A stretch of DNA of 64,000 nucleotides from Vicinamibacteria bacterium (GTDB lineage: Bacteria > Acidobacteriota > Vicinamibacteria > Marinacidobacterales > Marinacidobacteraceae): assembly GCA_963668695.2 (NCBI GenBank), contig CAXXLQ010000004.1, positions 3,584,001 through 3,648,000 on the forward strand, given 5' to 3'. Below the pieces are notes generated by a model that saw only the letters and a program-made list of their open reading frames with translations, had not been told where the DNA came from and did no database searches. Below, piece by piece: positions 22,140 to 32,032 of the stretch. Position 1 is the first letter of the stretch. The number at the start of each line of letters is the position of its first letter. Made by a program: the position numbers and the translations under genes.

Positions 22140-22703
22140 ATGACGCTGGTTCTCGACAACTACGACTCCTTCACCTTCAACCTCGTGCAATTGCTTGGGG
22201 AGTTGGGCGCCCGGCCGGAGGTGGTCCGGAACGATGCGCGGACTCCGGCCCAGATAAGGGACCTTCGACCGGCGCGGATCGTGATCTCACCGGGCCCCGG
22301 TTCGCCCGAGAAGGCGGGCATTTCGGTGGACCTGGTGCGGATGCTCGCCGGGCAGATTCCCATTCTCGGGGTGTGCCTCGGCCACCAGTCCATCGTCGAG
22401 GCGTCGGGCGGCAGGATCCGCCGCGCCCACCGTCTGGTCCACGGCAAGACCTCGCCGGTGCGCCATAATGGCGAGGAACTGTTCGCCGGGCTGGAGAATC
22501 CCTTCGAGGCCACCCGCTATCACTCGCTGGTCGCCGACGAGCCGCTGCCGAGAGAGCTTGAAGTAACCGCCCGCTCCGACGACCAGGAAGTCATGGGACT
22601 TCGGCACCGGAGCGCACCGCTCTGGGGTGTCCAGTTCCACCCCGAATCCATTCTCACTCCCGCGGGACGACAGTTGCTCCGGAACTTTCTCGACCTGACC
22701 TGA
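22140..22703 (+). CDS. trpG: Anthranilate synthase component II (glutamine amidotransferase)
   Basis: DNYDSFT, SPGPG, GVCLGHQ, RYHSL, QFHPES. Confidence 0.93.
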   Translation: MTLVLDNYDSFTFNLVQLLGELGARPEVVRNDARTPAQIRDLRPARIVISPGPGSPEKAGISVDLVRMLAGQIPILGVCLGHQSIVEASGGRIRRAHRLVHGKTSPVRHNGEELFAGLENPFEATRYHSLVADEPLPRELEVTARSDDQEVMGLRHRSAPLWGVQFHPESILTPAGRQLLRNFLDLT

Positions 22704-22705
22704 AC

Positions 22706-23812
22706 ATGACGACACGCCCGCCCGATTTCGCCACCATGGTGCTCATCCTGAATTCATGGGCAACGCAGCAGGACATGGACCATCTAACGCGCCTGGTCGA
22801 GGAGAAGGCCCTCGAATGGGCGCTCCATCCGAGCGAAGTCCGGAACCAGATCCACGTGCTGGGGGATCTCTCCCGGGAGACCGAAGCCTTCTGGCGAACC
22901 CAGCCCGGCGTCCAGCAGGTCTACGGGCTCGCCAAGCCCTACAGGCTCGCCAACAAGACCCACCGCAAGTCGAACACCCGGATTCCGATCGGAAGCCAAC
23001 AGCTCGGCAGCAAGGACCTGGTGATCTTCGGGGGGCCGTGCGCGCTCGAGAGCGAGGAGCAGGGTATGGCCTCTGCCCTCATGCTGCGGGACCTGGGCCT
23101 CGAGATCATGCGGGCTTCGGCCTTCAAGCCGCGCTCTTCGCCCTATTCCTTCCAGGGACTCGGAGTGGACGGCCTCCACATCCTGAAGCGCATTCGGGAG
23201 CGGACCGGCGTGCTGGTCGAGACCGAGGTCATGGACGTGCGCGATGTAGAAATCGCCGCGGAACTCGTGGACGTGATCAGGATCGGCGCCCGCAACATGC
23301 AGAACTTCGACCTCCTCAAAGAGGCGGCCCTGGTCCAGACCCCGGTCATCCTCAAGCGGGGCATGGCGAACACCATCCGGGAATTCCTGCTCGCGACCGA
23401 ATACATCCTGCAGGGGAACCCGAACGTGATCCTCTGCGAACGAGGGATACGGTCATTTGAGACGGCTTACCGCAACACCCTGGACGTGGGAGCCATCGCC
23501 GTGCTGAAGCAGGAAACGCATCTACCGGTGATCGCGGATCCAAGCCACAGCGCGGGGAACAAAACGCTCGTGCCGGCCCTTTCGCTGGCCTCGGTCGCGG
23601 CAGGGGCCGACGGACTCCTCATCGAGGTGCACCCCAACCCCTCGGTGGCGCTCAGCGACGGGGATCAGTCGCTCTATCCGCACCAGTTCATGAATCTGAT
23701 GGGCGACCTGCGGAAGGTCGGGAGGGCGGTCGGCCGGCGCCTCCTGTCCGGGAGCAGGGCAAGCGTGCCGTCGCCGCCAGCGGAGAACGGCAGGGCGGCG
23801 GATCGAGCGTGA
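22706..23812 (+). CDS. aroF: DAHP synthase (type I-beta) with N-terminal regulatory domain
   Basis: GPCALES, FKPRSSPYSFQGLG, IGARNMQNF, LCERGIRSFE, DPSHS. Confidence 0.92.
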   Translation: MTTRPPDFATMVLILNSWATQQDMDHLTRLVEEKALEWALHPSEVRNQIHVLGDLSRETEAFWRTQPGVQQVYGLAKPYRLANKTHRKSNTRIPIGSQQLGSKDLVIFGGPCALESEEQGMASALMLRDLGLEIMRASAFKPRSSPYSFQGLGVDGLHILKRIRERTGVLVETEVMDVRDVEIAAELVDVIRIGARNMQNFDLLKEAALVQTPVILKRGMANTIREFLLATEYILQGNPNVILCERGIRSFETAYRNTLDVGAIAVLKQETHLPVIADPSHSAGNKTLVPALSLASVAAGADGLLIEVHPNPSVALSDGDQSLYPHQFMNLMGDLRKVGRAVGRRLLSGSRASVPSPPAENGRAADRA

Positions 23813-24921
23813 TCGCGCGGGTTCCGGTGGAGACGCCGGGACAGGACGCGTCCTACGACATCGTCGTCGGAGCAGCAGCGCTCGACGGGCTTCCCGCGTT
23901 CCTCCGCGAGCGCTATCCGGAACGCCGGATCGCCGCCATCGGCGATGCCGAGGCGCTGCGGCGCCACGGGGATCGGCTCTCAGCGGTGCTGCCGGAGGGA
24001 ACCCTCGTCCTCGAGGTTCCTTCGGGCGAGGACTCGAAATCGCGCGCGGAGAAGGCGCGCCTCGAGGACGAACTCCTTTCCCGCCGCCTGGGCCGCGACA
24101 CGGTGATCGTCGGGTTCGGCGGCGGCGTGGTCACCGACCTCGCGGGGTTCGTGGCCGCGACCTATCTCCGCGGGGTGCCGTTCATTGCGGTCCCGACCAC
24201 GCTTCTCGCGGCGGTGGACGCCTCGGTGGGAGGCAAGACCGGGATCAACACCCCGCACGGGAAGAACCTGATCGGAGTATTCCGCCAACCGGCTGCCGTC
24301 TTCGCCGATACCGGCTTCCTCCAGACCCTGCCCGAGCCGGAGTTCCTGAACGGAGTCGCCGAAGCTCTCAAGATGGCGGCCACCAGCGACCGTGAGCTCT
24401 TCGCCGACATCGAGAAGGGCATCGGCACGCTTCGAGACCGCGAGACCGCCACGCTGACCCGGTTCATCGCGGCCGCGGTCCGGATCAAGGCCGCCGTCGT
24501 GGCCGCCGACGAGCGGGAAAGCGGGTTGCGCGAGGTCCTCAACTTCGGCCACACCATCGGCCACGGTCTGGAGCACGCGACCGACTACCGGCTGGCGCAC
24601 GGGGCCGCGGTCGCCATCGGCATGATCGCGGAGAGCCGGATGGCGCGCGAGGCGGGGTTTTTGGAGCGCGAAGCCGAGGATCGGCTTCACACCCTGATCG
24701 ATGCCGTCGGCCTGCCGATCCGGCCGCCGGACGAGGTGGAACGCGGCCGCGTGCTGGCGGCGCTCGGCGGCGACAAGAAGGCGCGCGGCGGCGAACCGCG
24801 TTTCGTGATGCTGGAAGCCATCGGCAGCGTGCGGAATCGGGACAGCCGGGGCCGGGCGGCCTACTCCTTTCCCCTGCCCGCTGAAGTCGTGGACTCGGGA
24901 CTGTCGGCGATCGGGCTTTGA
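23809..24921 (+). CDS. aroB: 3-dehydroquinate synthase
   Basis: GGGVVTDLAGF, PTTLLAAVDASVGGKTG, LNFGHTIGH. Confidence 0.95.
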   Translation: MIARVPVETPGQDASYDIVVGAAALDGLPAFLRERYPERRIAAIGDAEALRRHGDRLSAVLPEGTLVLEVPSGEDSKSRAEKARLEDELLSRRLGRDTVIVGFGGGVVTDLAGFVAATYLRGVPFIAVPTTLLAAVDASVGGKTGINTPHGKNLIGVFRQPAAVFADTGFLQTLPEPEFLNGVAEALKMAATSDRELFADIEKGIGTLRDRETATLTRFIAAAVRIKAAVVAADERESGLREVLNFGHTIGHGLEHATDYRLAHGAAVAIGMIAESRMAREAGFLEREAEDRLHTLIDAVGLPIRPPDEVERGRVLAALGGDKKARGGEPRFVMLEAIGSVRNRDSRGRAAYSFPLPAEVVDSGLSAIGL

Positions 24922-26249
24922 TCGAGGTCGCCCCGGGGCCGAACCCCCTTCGCGCTTCGGTCCGGGTCCCCGGCAGTAAGTACGAGGCGAACCGGTTCCT
25001 GATCGCGGCCGCCCTCACCGAAGGGACTACCCACCTCACGGGCCTCCCGGAGGGGGACGACATCCGGGCCGCGATCTCGGCGGTGGGAGCGCTCGGCGCC
25101 CGGACGAGCGGCAGCGGGGACTGCCTCGAAGTGCGCGGGTTTTCGCACGATCGGAACTTCACCCGCGCTGCCACCGGCCCCGGGGACCCGACCACCGTCT
25201 CGGTGGGCGAGTCGGGGACGCTGCTCCGCTTTCTGACGGCAGCGGCGGCTACCGCGCCGGGACCCATCACCATCACCGGAAGCGGCCGGATTCGGGAACG
25301 ACCGGTCGCGGGCCTGGTGGCGGCGCTCGAAGCGCTCGGCGCCGATGTCGAGACCAGCGAGGGTTACGCACCGCTTACCGTGCGCCCAGGCAGCTTCGAG
25401 GGCGGGGAGGTGCGGGTGGCCGCCCGGGAAAGCAGCCAGTTCGCCAGCGCGCTGCTCCTCGCCGCTCCCCGCGCCGCCCGCGGGATTGCCATCGAGTTGG
25501 AGAGCGACCCGGTGTCGGCGTCCTATCTCGACCTGACGGTCAGCGTGATGGCCCGCTGCGGGGTAACCGTGGAGCGACCCGGACCGCGGCGGTTCCGGGT
25601 CGCTGCCGACGCGCGGTACCGGCCCGGCGAGCACCGGATCTCGGGGGACTGGACCACGGCGAGCTATTTCTTCGCGGCCGCCGCCATCGCGCCCGGCCGC
25701 GTCACGGTGGACGGCCTCGATCCGGAGTCGCCCCAAGGGGAACGCGGCTTCTCTGAGATCCTGCGCCGGATGGGCTGCGAGGTGACGGAGGACCCCGCCG
25801 GCGACGGCGTCCGCGTGACGGTAACGGGCGCCCCGCGCCTCCGCGGAGTCACCGTGGACATGGGCTCGATGCCCGACGCCGCACCGACGCTGGCAGCGGT
25901 CGCGCCCTTCGCGGAGGGCCCCACCCGGATCGGCGGGATCGGGCACCTGCGGCACAAGGAAAGCGACCGGATCGCCGCCCTGGCCGAGGGGCTCCGCCGC
26001 CTTGGGGCCCGGGTGGCCGCGGAAGGCGACGCGCTGGCAATCGAGCCGCCGGCGGGGACAGCGGCGCTCGTCCCGGGGACGATGGATCCGCACGGCGATC
26101 ACCGGATCGCGATGGCGCTGGCGCTTACCGGACTCCGGGTTCCAGGAGTACGAATCGGGAATCCGGAAGTGGTTGCCAAGTCGTTTCCGGGGTTTTGGGA
26201 CGCGCTGTCGCAACTGGGTGCGCGGGTGGCCCGCCGGGAGGACGGATAG
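24918..26249 (+). CDS. aroA: EPSP synthase
   Basis: PGSK, GESGTLLRF, SSQFASALL, LRHKESDRI, DHRIAMA, KSFPGF. Confidence 0.95.
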   Translation: MIEVAPGPNPLRASVRVPGSKYEANRFLIAAALTEGTTHLTGLPEGDDIRAAISAVGALGARTSGSGDCLEVRGFSHDRNFTRAATGPGDPTTVSVGESGTLLRFLTAAAATAPGPITITGSGRIRERPVAGLVAALEALGADVETSEGYAPLTVRPGSFEGGEVRVAARESSQFASALLLAAPRAARGIAIELESDPVSASYLDLTVSVMARCGVTVERPGPRRFRVAADARYRPGEHRISGDWTTASYFFAAAAIAPGRVTVDGLDPESPQGERGFSEILRRMGCEVTEDPAGDGVRVTVTGAPRLRGVTVDMGSMPDAAPTLAAVAPFAEGPTRIGGIGHLRHKESDRIAALAEGLRRLGARVAAEGDALAIEPPAGTAALVPGTMDPHGDHRIAMALALTGLRVPGVRIGNPEVVAKSFPGFWDALSQLGARVARREDG

Positions 26250-28342
26250 TGGCTGAGTTCGGCTCCGGCGGAACTCCAGCCGGTCGTGACGCCGCTTTCC
26301 CGAATGTCGTTCTGATCGGCGCCCGGGGTTCGGGGAAGAGCCGAGCCTCCCGGAAGCTCGCGGCGAGGGTCGGCTGGACGCGGATCAGCACCGACGAGCT
26401 ACTGGAGGCGCGCTTCGGTCCGATCGCCGCGTTCGTCGAGCGGTTCGGCTGGGAACGGTTCCGGAAAGAAGAAAGCGCGGTACTCCAGGGGGTTACCGGG
26501 GAGCGGCTGGTGGTGGACTGTGGCGGGGGGATCGTCGAGACCCCGCAGAACATTCCCAAGCTGAAGGAACTGGGGACCGTCTACTGGGCGCGGGCGCCGG
26601 TGGCCTTCCTGAAGCAGCGGCTCTCGCGGCGCAAGCACCGCGCCGGGCGGCCCCCGCTACCGGGCATCCCTCCGGAGGACGAGGCGGTGATGGTCCTCGA
26701 GCGGCGCACTCCGCTCTACCGGGAAGCCGCCGTCGCCGATCTGTGGATTACGGGTGCAAGCAGCGCCGACCAGGAGGAAGCGGTCGAAACCCTGCTGACC
26801 GCGCATTTCGGACCGCGGCTCGCGCTCACCGTCGCCGGGAGGGCGGTGGCGGACCTGCGCGCCGGCCTCGACACCGCCGCTGCCGAGGCCGGGCCGCTCG
26901 ATCTGATCGAGCTGCGGCTCGACACCCTCGGGGCGCCGGGGCCTCCCGACGTGGGAGCGATTCTCGGGGACCTGCCGAAGCCGCTGCTGGCGCGCTTGAT
27001 CGTTACCGTCCGCCGGCGGAGCGAAGGCGGGCAGTTCACGGGGAGCGAAGACGACCGGATCCGCCTCCTTGCCGAAGCCGGAAAGCTGGGCGCGGCCTAC
27101 CTGGATCTCGAGTTCGAAGCGGACCGGGAGAGCGGAGGAGAACACGCCCGCCGGCTCCGGCAGGCCGCCCCCGCGGCAAGGCTGGTGGCCTCCTTCCATG
27201 ACATGCGGAGCGTCCCCGCCTCCCTCGAAGCGCTTCCGGAACGGATGGCGACCATGCAGCCGGCCCTCACCAAGGTCGCAGTTCAGGCTGCCGGGTGGAG
27301 CGACGTGCAACGGGTGCATGCGCTGGTTCGGGACCAGGCGTCCCGGAAGATCCCGTTGATCGGGATCGCCATGGGCGAGGCCGGCGCCGCGCTGCGGGTG
27401 ATCGCCGGCTCGGCCGGCGCAGCGCTTTCCACCTACGCTCCTCCCGAAGGGCTGCCGGCGGTCGCCGCCGGGCAGCTCAACGCGAAGGACATCCGCTCCC
27501 GGCACCGTCGGTGGGGGCGGCGCCTCCATGCCCTGGTCCCGGTGTACGGGGTCGTGGGCAGCCCGATCGGCCAGAGCCTCAGTCCACCAATGCACGAAGC
27601 GGCCTTCCGCCGGCTCGGCATCGAAGCGGCGTACCTGCCGTTTGCCGTTCCGCCACCGGAACTCGCCGACTTTCTCGTCGCCGCCCGGCTGAGCGGTGTG
27701 GGCGGCCTGAACGTGACGATTCCGCTGAAGCGCGCCGTCGTCCGATTGCTCGATGCTCTGGACGACGATGCGCGCCGGATCGGCGCGGTGAATACCATCA
27801 TCCCGATGAACGGCGGATTCCTGGGAGCCAACACCGACTGGATCGGCGCGGTCCGGTCACTCGAGGAAGTCGTGCCGCTGGCAGGCCGCCGCGCCACCGT
27901 GCTGGGAGCGGGCGGATCCGCGCGAGCCGTCCTGTACGGGCTGACCCGCGCCGGCGCCGAACCGGTGGTGATCTCGCGCGACGACCGGAAGGCGGCAGCG
28001 CTTGCCGACGAAATGGGGGTCCGCCACGCCCGGTGGACATCACTCGATCAGGCCCACGGGGACATTCTGGTGAACACCACTCCGGTCGGGATGGCGCCCG
28101 ATCGCGAGGGATGTCCCGCCCCCGACGCCGCGATCGCCGCTCACGAAGTGGTCTTCGACCTGGTGTTCCATCCCGAAAAGACCCGGCTCCTCCGGACGGC
28201 GGCCGGGCTCGGCAAGCGGACTGTCCCCGGACTCCGGATGCTCATCCTGCAAGCGGCCGCTGCGTTCGAACGTTGGATCGGCCGCCCTGCCCCGATCGAG
28301 GTCATGGCGGACGCCGCCCGGAAGGCCCGGAGTGCCCGGTAA
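26249..28342 (+). CDS. Trifunctional shikimate kinase / type I 3-dehydroquinate dehydratase / shikimate dehydrogenase (AroK-AroD-AroE fusion)
   Basis: [21 protein letters not shown]; IELRLD..EGGQF..SFHD..IAMG; [28 protein letters not shown] all in one ORF. Confidence 0.9.
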   Translation: MAEFGSGGTPAGRDAAFPNVVLIGARGSGKSRASRKLAARVGWTRISTDELLEARFGPIAAFVERFGWERFRKEESAVLQGVTGERLVVDCGGGIVETPQNIPKLKELGTVYWARAPVAFLKQRLSRRKHRAGRPPLPGIPPEDEAVMVLERRTPLYREAAVADLWITGASSADQEEAVETLLTAHFGPRLALTVAGRAVADLRAGLDTAAAEAGPLDLIELRLDTLGAPGPPDVGAILGDLPKPLLARLIVTVRRRSEGGQFTGSEDDRIRLLAEAGKLGAAYLDLEFEADRESGGEHARRLRQAAPAARLVASFHDMRSVPASLEALPERMATMQPALTKVAVQAAGWSDVQRVHALVRDQASRKIPLIGIAMGEAGAALRVIAGSAGAALSTYAPPEGLPAVAAGQLNAKDIRSRHRRWGRRLHALVPVYGVVGSPIGQSLSPPMHEAAFRRLGIEAAYLPFAVPPPELADFLVAARLSGVGGLNVTIPLKRAVVRLLDALDDDARRIGAVNTIIPMNGGFLGANTDWIGAVRSLEEVVPLAGRRATVLGAGGSARAVLYGLTRAGAEPVVISRDDRKAAALADEMGVRHARWTSLDQAHGDILVNTTPVGMAPDREGCPAPDAAIAAHEVVFDLVFHPEKTRLLRTAAGLGKRTVPGLRMLILQAAAAFERWIGRPAPIEVMADAARKARSAR

Positions 28343-29429
28343 CTCCATCGGCCAAGCGTTCCGGGTGACGACCTGGGGCGAGTCACACGGCCCGGCTATC
28401 GGCGTGGTGGTGGACGGCTGTCCGCCCCGGCTGCCGCTCAGCGAGGCCGACATCCAGAAGGAGCTCGATCGCCGGCGTCCAGGTCAGAGCGCCCTCACCT
28501 CGCCCCGCCGCGAGGCGGACCGCGTGGCGATCCAGTCGGGGGTCATCGCCGGGCAGACGACCGGACATCCCATAGCGATGGTGGTCCAAAACCGCGACGC
28601 CCGACCCGCCGACTACGAGGCGCTCAAAACCGTTTACCGCCCCAGCCACGCCGACTACACCTTCGAGGCCAAATACGGGATCCGGGACAAGAGCGGCGGA
28701 GGGCGCTCCTCGGCGCGGGTAACGGTGGGCCACGTCGCCGCAGGAGCGGTGGCGCGGGTATTCCTCGCGGAACGGTTCGGCGTCGAGTGCGTCGCCTACG
28801 TGAAACGCACCCAGGACGTCGAGGCCGCGGTGGATCCCGAGCGGGTGACCCGCGCCGAGGTGGAGCGGACTCCGGTGCGTTGTCCGGACCCGGAAGCCGC
28901 CGTTCGCATGGTGGAGCTGATCGACCGGATCAGAAGGGCCCGCGATTCCGTAGGTGGCGTCATCGAGTGTTCGGTGCGCGGCGTTCCGGCCGGACTCGGG
29001 GAACCTGTCTTCGACAAATTGGAGAGCGATCTCGCGAAGGCCATGCTGGCGATCAACGCGAGCAAGGGATTCGAAATCGGCTCCGGTTTCGCCGGCACCC
29101 GGCTCCGCGGCAGCGAACACAACGACCGCTTTGTGATGAAGGACGGGCGGATGGCGACCGAGACGAACAACGCCGGCGGCGTGCTGGGCGGCATCTCGAC
29201 CGGAATGCCCATCGTCTTCCGGGTGGCGTTCAAACCCACCTCGACGATCGGCCTGCCCCAGCAGACGGTGGACTCCGAGGGGAAGGAGGTCACGCTCGCG
29301 GCGCGCGGCCGCCACGATCCGTGTGTCCTCCCGCGGGCGGTGCCGATCGTGGAGGCCATGGCCTGCCTGGTGCTCGCCGACCACGCCCTCCGGCAGGCGG
29401 CGTTGAGCGGTCCGGAAGGGAGACCTTGA
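28332..29429 (+). CDS. aroC: Chorismate synthase
   Basis: WGESHG, RPSHAD, GGRSSAR, GGISTG, RHDPCV. Confidence 0.96.
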   Translation: MPGNSIGQAFRVTTWGESHGPAIGVVVDGCPPRLPLSEADIQKELDRRRPGQSALTSPRREADRVAIQSGVIAGQTTGHPIAMVVQNRDARPADYEALKTVYRPSHADYTFEAKYGIRDKSGGGRSSARVTVGHVAAGAVARVFLAERFGVECVAYVKRTQDVEAAVDPERVTRAEVERTPVRCPDPEAAVRMVELIDRIRRARDSVGGVIECSVRGVPAGLGEPVFDKLESDLAKAMLAINASKGFEIGSGFAGTRLRGSEHNDRFVMKDGRMATETNNAGGVLGGISTGMPIVFRVAFKPTSTIGLPQQTVDSEGKEVTLAARGRHDPCVLPRAVPIVEAMACLVLADHALRQAALSGPEGRP

Positions 29430-29588
29430 CCCGATTTCAGAGGGGAAACGGACGCGAATACCGGAGGGCCCCCTCTGGACCGCCCGGCCCTTCGCGCCGC
29501 GCCGCGCTCCGACGTCCCTGCCCGGTGGCAGTCGAATCGCAGCCAGCGGAAATCTGCTCCGCGTTCCCGCCCTTGCTGGAGGTGGAAA

Positions 29589-29933
29589 TTGAGTATTGAT
29601 CCCAAGAATCAGGCGCCCCCGCTGCGGGTCGTTGGAGCTGAGACTGCCCCGTCTGGATATGTGGACTACCCCTATTGGGCCATCCATCCCACCGGTCCGG
29701 ACGGTTCACATCCGCTAGTAAGCCTGACAATGGGCCGCTGGGTGGAAATTCCACCTGACATTGCGGCACCCGAGAACGAGCCCGGGCTCGCCAAGAGGCA
29801 AGTGAGCGTTGCCTTTATTGCGACTCTAGCGCCCGGCACGCTTCGTCTGATCCGCGATGGCATTGACCGTGTTCTCGCTGCCATCGAGAAAAAAGGAAAG
29901 CCGGAGGATCCAACGTCCTCGACTGTGCACTGA
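29589..29933 (+). CDS. Hypothetical protein (lower GC)
   Basis: 114-aa ORF preceded by GGAGGT; plausible composition, no recognised family. Confidence 0.5.
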   Translation: MSIDPKNQAPPLRVVGAETAPSGYVDYPYWAIHPTGPDGSHPLVSLTMGRWVEIPPDIAAPENEPGLAKRQVSVAFIATLAPGTLRLIRDGIDRVLAAIEKKGKPEDPTSSTVH

Positions 29934-30449
29934 GGGTTTGGCTCCGGTTCCGCTGCTTTTTCCACAAAAGGGCGGCTTACGACTTCTTGAAAGCAGCGGA
30001 CTGGAGGAGTGAGATTCGGTTGCGGGGCGAAATCACGAAATGCTCCGGCCCTGGCGGGGACCCGATCACGCTCACGAACTGCGAGTTGGGCCCCTCTGGA
30101 CGAGGGTGACACTTTCGGGTTTGGCTAAGCTGGCCGGCCCTCTGTCGCAGTGTCGGTTAGCCGCTCCTCGCTCGGGCATCGGAACTCGCTGGCGCGCGCC
30201 CGGCGCGCGGCAGCGAGTTCCGATTCGTCGTTTCCTTCTTGCGAAAGGGGGGCGGTAGCCCCCCTTTCACACTTTCCCCCCGATCACGCGGGCAACGAAC
30301 AAAGTTCGCTGCCATAGTTTTTGCTCGCTCAGGACTACGCCAACCGAGAAGAAGTGCGGGGACGGCTTGGAACGCCGATCTCCGGCCAGTCCTCCCGCTG
30401 GGGGCCGGCGACACCGCGCAAAACGGTCCGCCGTGTTCGCGCGCTGCTA

Positions 30450-30908
30450 CTAGGCCGCCGGAGCCAGCATCACCGTCTCGATCCCGTCGAAGGGAGCGAA
30501 ATCGGCGCCGTTTTGGGTAACGATCACGCGGACGCCGTGCGCGAACATGGTGGCCGCGATGTTCGCGTCGTGGAGCCGGCGGCCGTGCAGGCCGTGGGCG
30601 GCGGCGAGCCCTCGCAGCCGCCGGGACACCTCCTCGTTCTCCTCGTAGAGATGGAGATGGCGAAGGAATTCATTCACGTTTGCGATCGCATCCCTCACCT
30701 GCAGCCCGAGACCATTGGCCTCCTGGGGCCGCGTCGCCACGACCAGATACTCCCGCAGGATCTGCCCACTCGCCGCCAGGTGCAGGCCGCGCGCTCCGGG
30801 TTCGGTGATCAGCCGCTGCGCCTCCCGGTGCTGCGAACGCAACTCATCCGTCGCGGTCAGAAGCACATTGGTGTCGACGAACAGGATCTCACCGGCCGTC
30901 GGCGCCAT
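30450..30908 (-). CDS. PIN-domain (VapC-like) toxin
   Basis: LFVDTNVL, QILREYLVVATR, HDANIAATM, TQNGADF. Confidence 0.88.
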   Translation of the reverse strand: MAPTAGEILFVDTNVLLTATDELRSQHREAQRLITEPGARGLHLAASGQILREYLVVATRPQEANGLGLQVRDAIANVNEFLRHLHLYEENEEVSRRLRGLAAAHGLHGRRLHDANIAATMFAHGVRVIVTQNGADFAPFDGIETVMLAPAA

Positions 30909-31101
30909 AGATCTCTTCCCTCCGCCACGAGGTCGAACCGCCAACCCTCACCGTGACCAGCCTGAGTTCGCGGGCGCCCTCGTCCGGCGGCGCCATTCGC
31001 GCAGCCCGCTGGAGAATGGCCCGCAGTTCGCCGCGCAACGAGCGACGATGGCGGCGCGCGAGACCCTTCAAGGCGTCCACTTGTGTCCGGCGTGACGGCA
31101 C
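30889..31101 (-). CDS. FitA/Arc-like antitoxin, N-terminus apparently shortened
   Basis: ALKGLARRHRRSLRGELRAIL and REEIY; overlaps the PIN gene. Confidence 0.7.
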   Translation of the reverse strand: MPSRRTQVDALKGLARRHRRSLRGELRAILQRAARMAPPDEGARELRLVTVRVGGSTSWRREEIYGADGR

Positions 31102-31212
31102 GGCTCATGTCGGTCGCACAACGATACCGACACCCGCGACGGCGGCGCGGAGCGCGGTCCCTTTCGCGAAAACAGTGCAAGTTATACTTGAATAAAATTC
31201 CGATCCGCACGG

Positions 31213-31288
31213 GGGCGGCTAGCTCAGTTGGGAGAGCGCGGCGTTCGCAATGCCGAGGTCACGGGTTCGATCCCCGTGTCGTCCACCA
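31213..31288 (+). tRNA. tRNA-Ala(CGC)
   Basis: Full cloverleaf: acceptor GGGCGGC/GTCGTCC with G3:U70, anticodon loop TTCGCAA, TTCGATC T-loop, encoded CCA. Confidence 0.97.
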
Positions 31289-31306
31289 TCGGAAGGAGAT
31301 TCCAAC

Positions 31307-32032
31307 ATGCAACGAGGCGTCTGGTTGCGGATCCTCGGTTCTGCAGCCCTGCTCGGCTTGGCCACTTCGGCCTCCGCCGCACCCGCGGAACCGCCGCCTT
31401 CGGCATCCGCCCCCGACCCCGCGGCGGTCGCGCTCATCGAGCGCGTCGAGGCGTACCACCAGTCCCTGCCCCACTTCGAGGCGCGCTTCGAGCAGCGCTT
31501 TTCCCCGCGCATTTTCGGACGCGACCGGATCGAAACCGGCCGGCTCACGGTCAAACGGCCCGCCCGGATGCGTTGGGACTACGAATCGCCCGAACCGAAG
31601 GTCTTCGTCAGTGACGGGACCAATACGTGGTTCCACGTTCCCGCCGACCAGCAGGTAGTCGTGGGCGCCTTCGGGAGCACCGGCGAGGAGACCGAGGCGG
31701 AAGCCGGCGGTCTGAATCCTCTCGAATTCCTGACCGGGGACGCAACGATCCTGGATCACTTCGATGCGCTGCTCGGAAGTGACCCCGCTCCCGGCCTGCG
31801 GACGATCTCGCTGGTTCCGCGGCAACCGAATGGAGATGTCACCTCGCTGGCGCTCACGGTGGACGCCGAAAGCGGCCGGATCCAGGGGATCGAGACCGAA
31901 GATCTCGAAGGGAACCGGACCGTCTTTCGGTTCACCGATTTCCAGTTCGCAGCCACCCCCGAGGACTCGCTGTTCACCTTTACCATTCCCCCGGGAACCG
32001 ATGTGGTGACGGCAACAGACCTCCGCCCGTGA
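31307..32032 (+). CDS. lolA: Outer-membrane lipoprotein carrier LolA
   Basis: ARFEQ, KRPARMRWDYESP, VSDG, FTFTIPPG; signal peptide. Confidence 0.88.
   Translation: MQRGVWLRILGSAALLGLATSASAAPAEPPPSASAPDPAAVALIERVEAYHQSLPHFEARFEQRFSPRIFGRDRIETGRLTVKRPARMRWDYESPEPKVFVSDGTNTWFHVPADQQVVVGAFGSTGEETEAEAGGLNPLEFLTGDATILDHFDALLGSDPAPGLRTISLVPRQPNGDVTSLALTVDAESGRIQGIETEDLEGNRTVFRFTDFQFAATPEDSLFTFTIPPGTDVVTATDLRP

Noticed and set aside
31213-31310. tRNA-Ala as an integration site
   Set aside because: No integrase or duplicated tRNA 3' end seen; lolA follows immediately.
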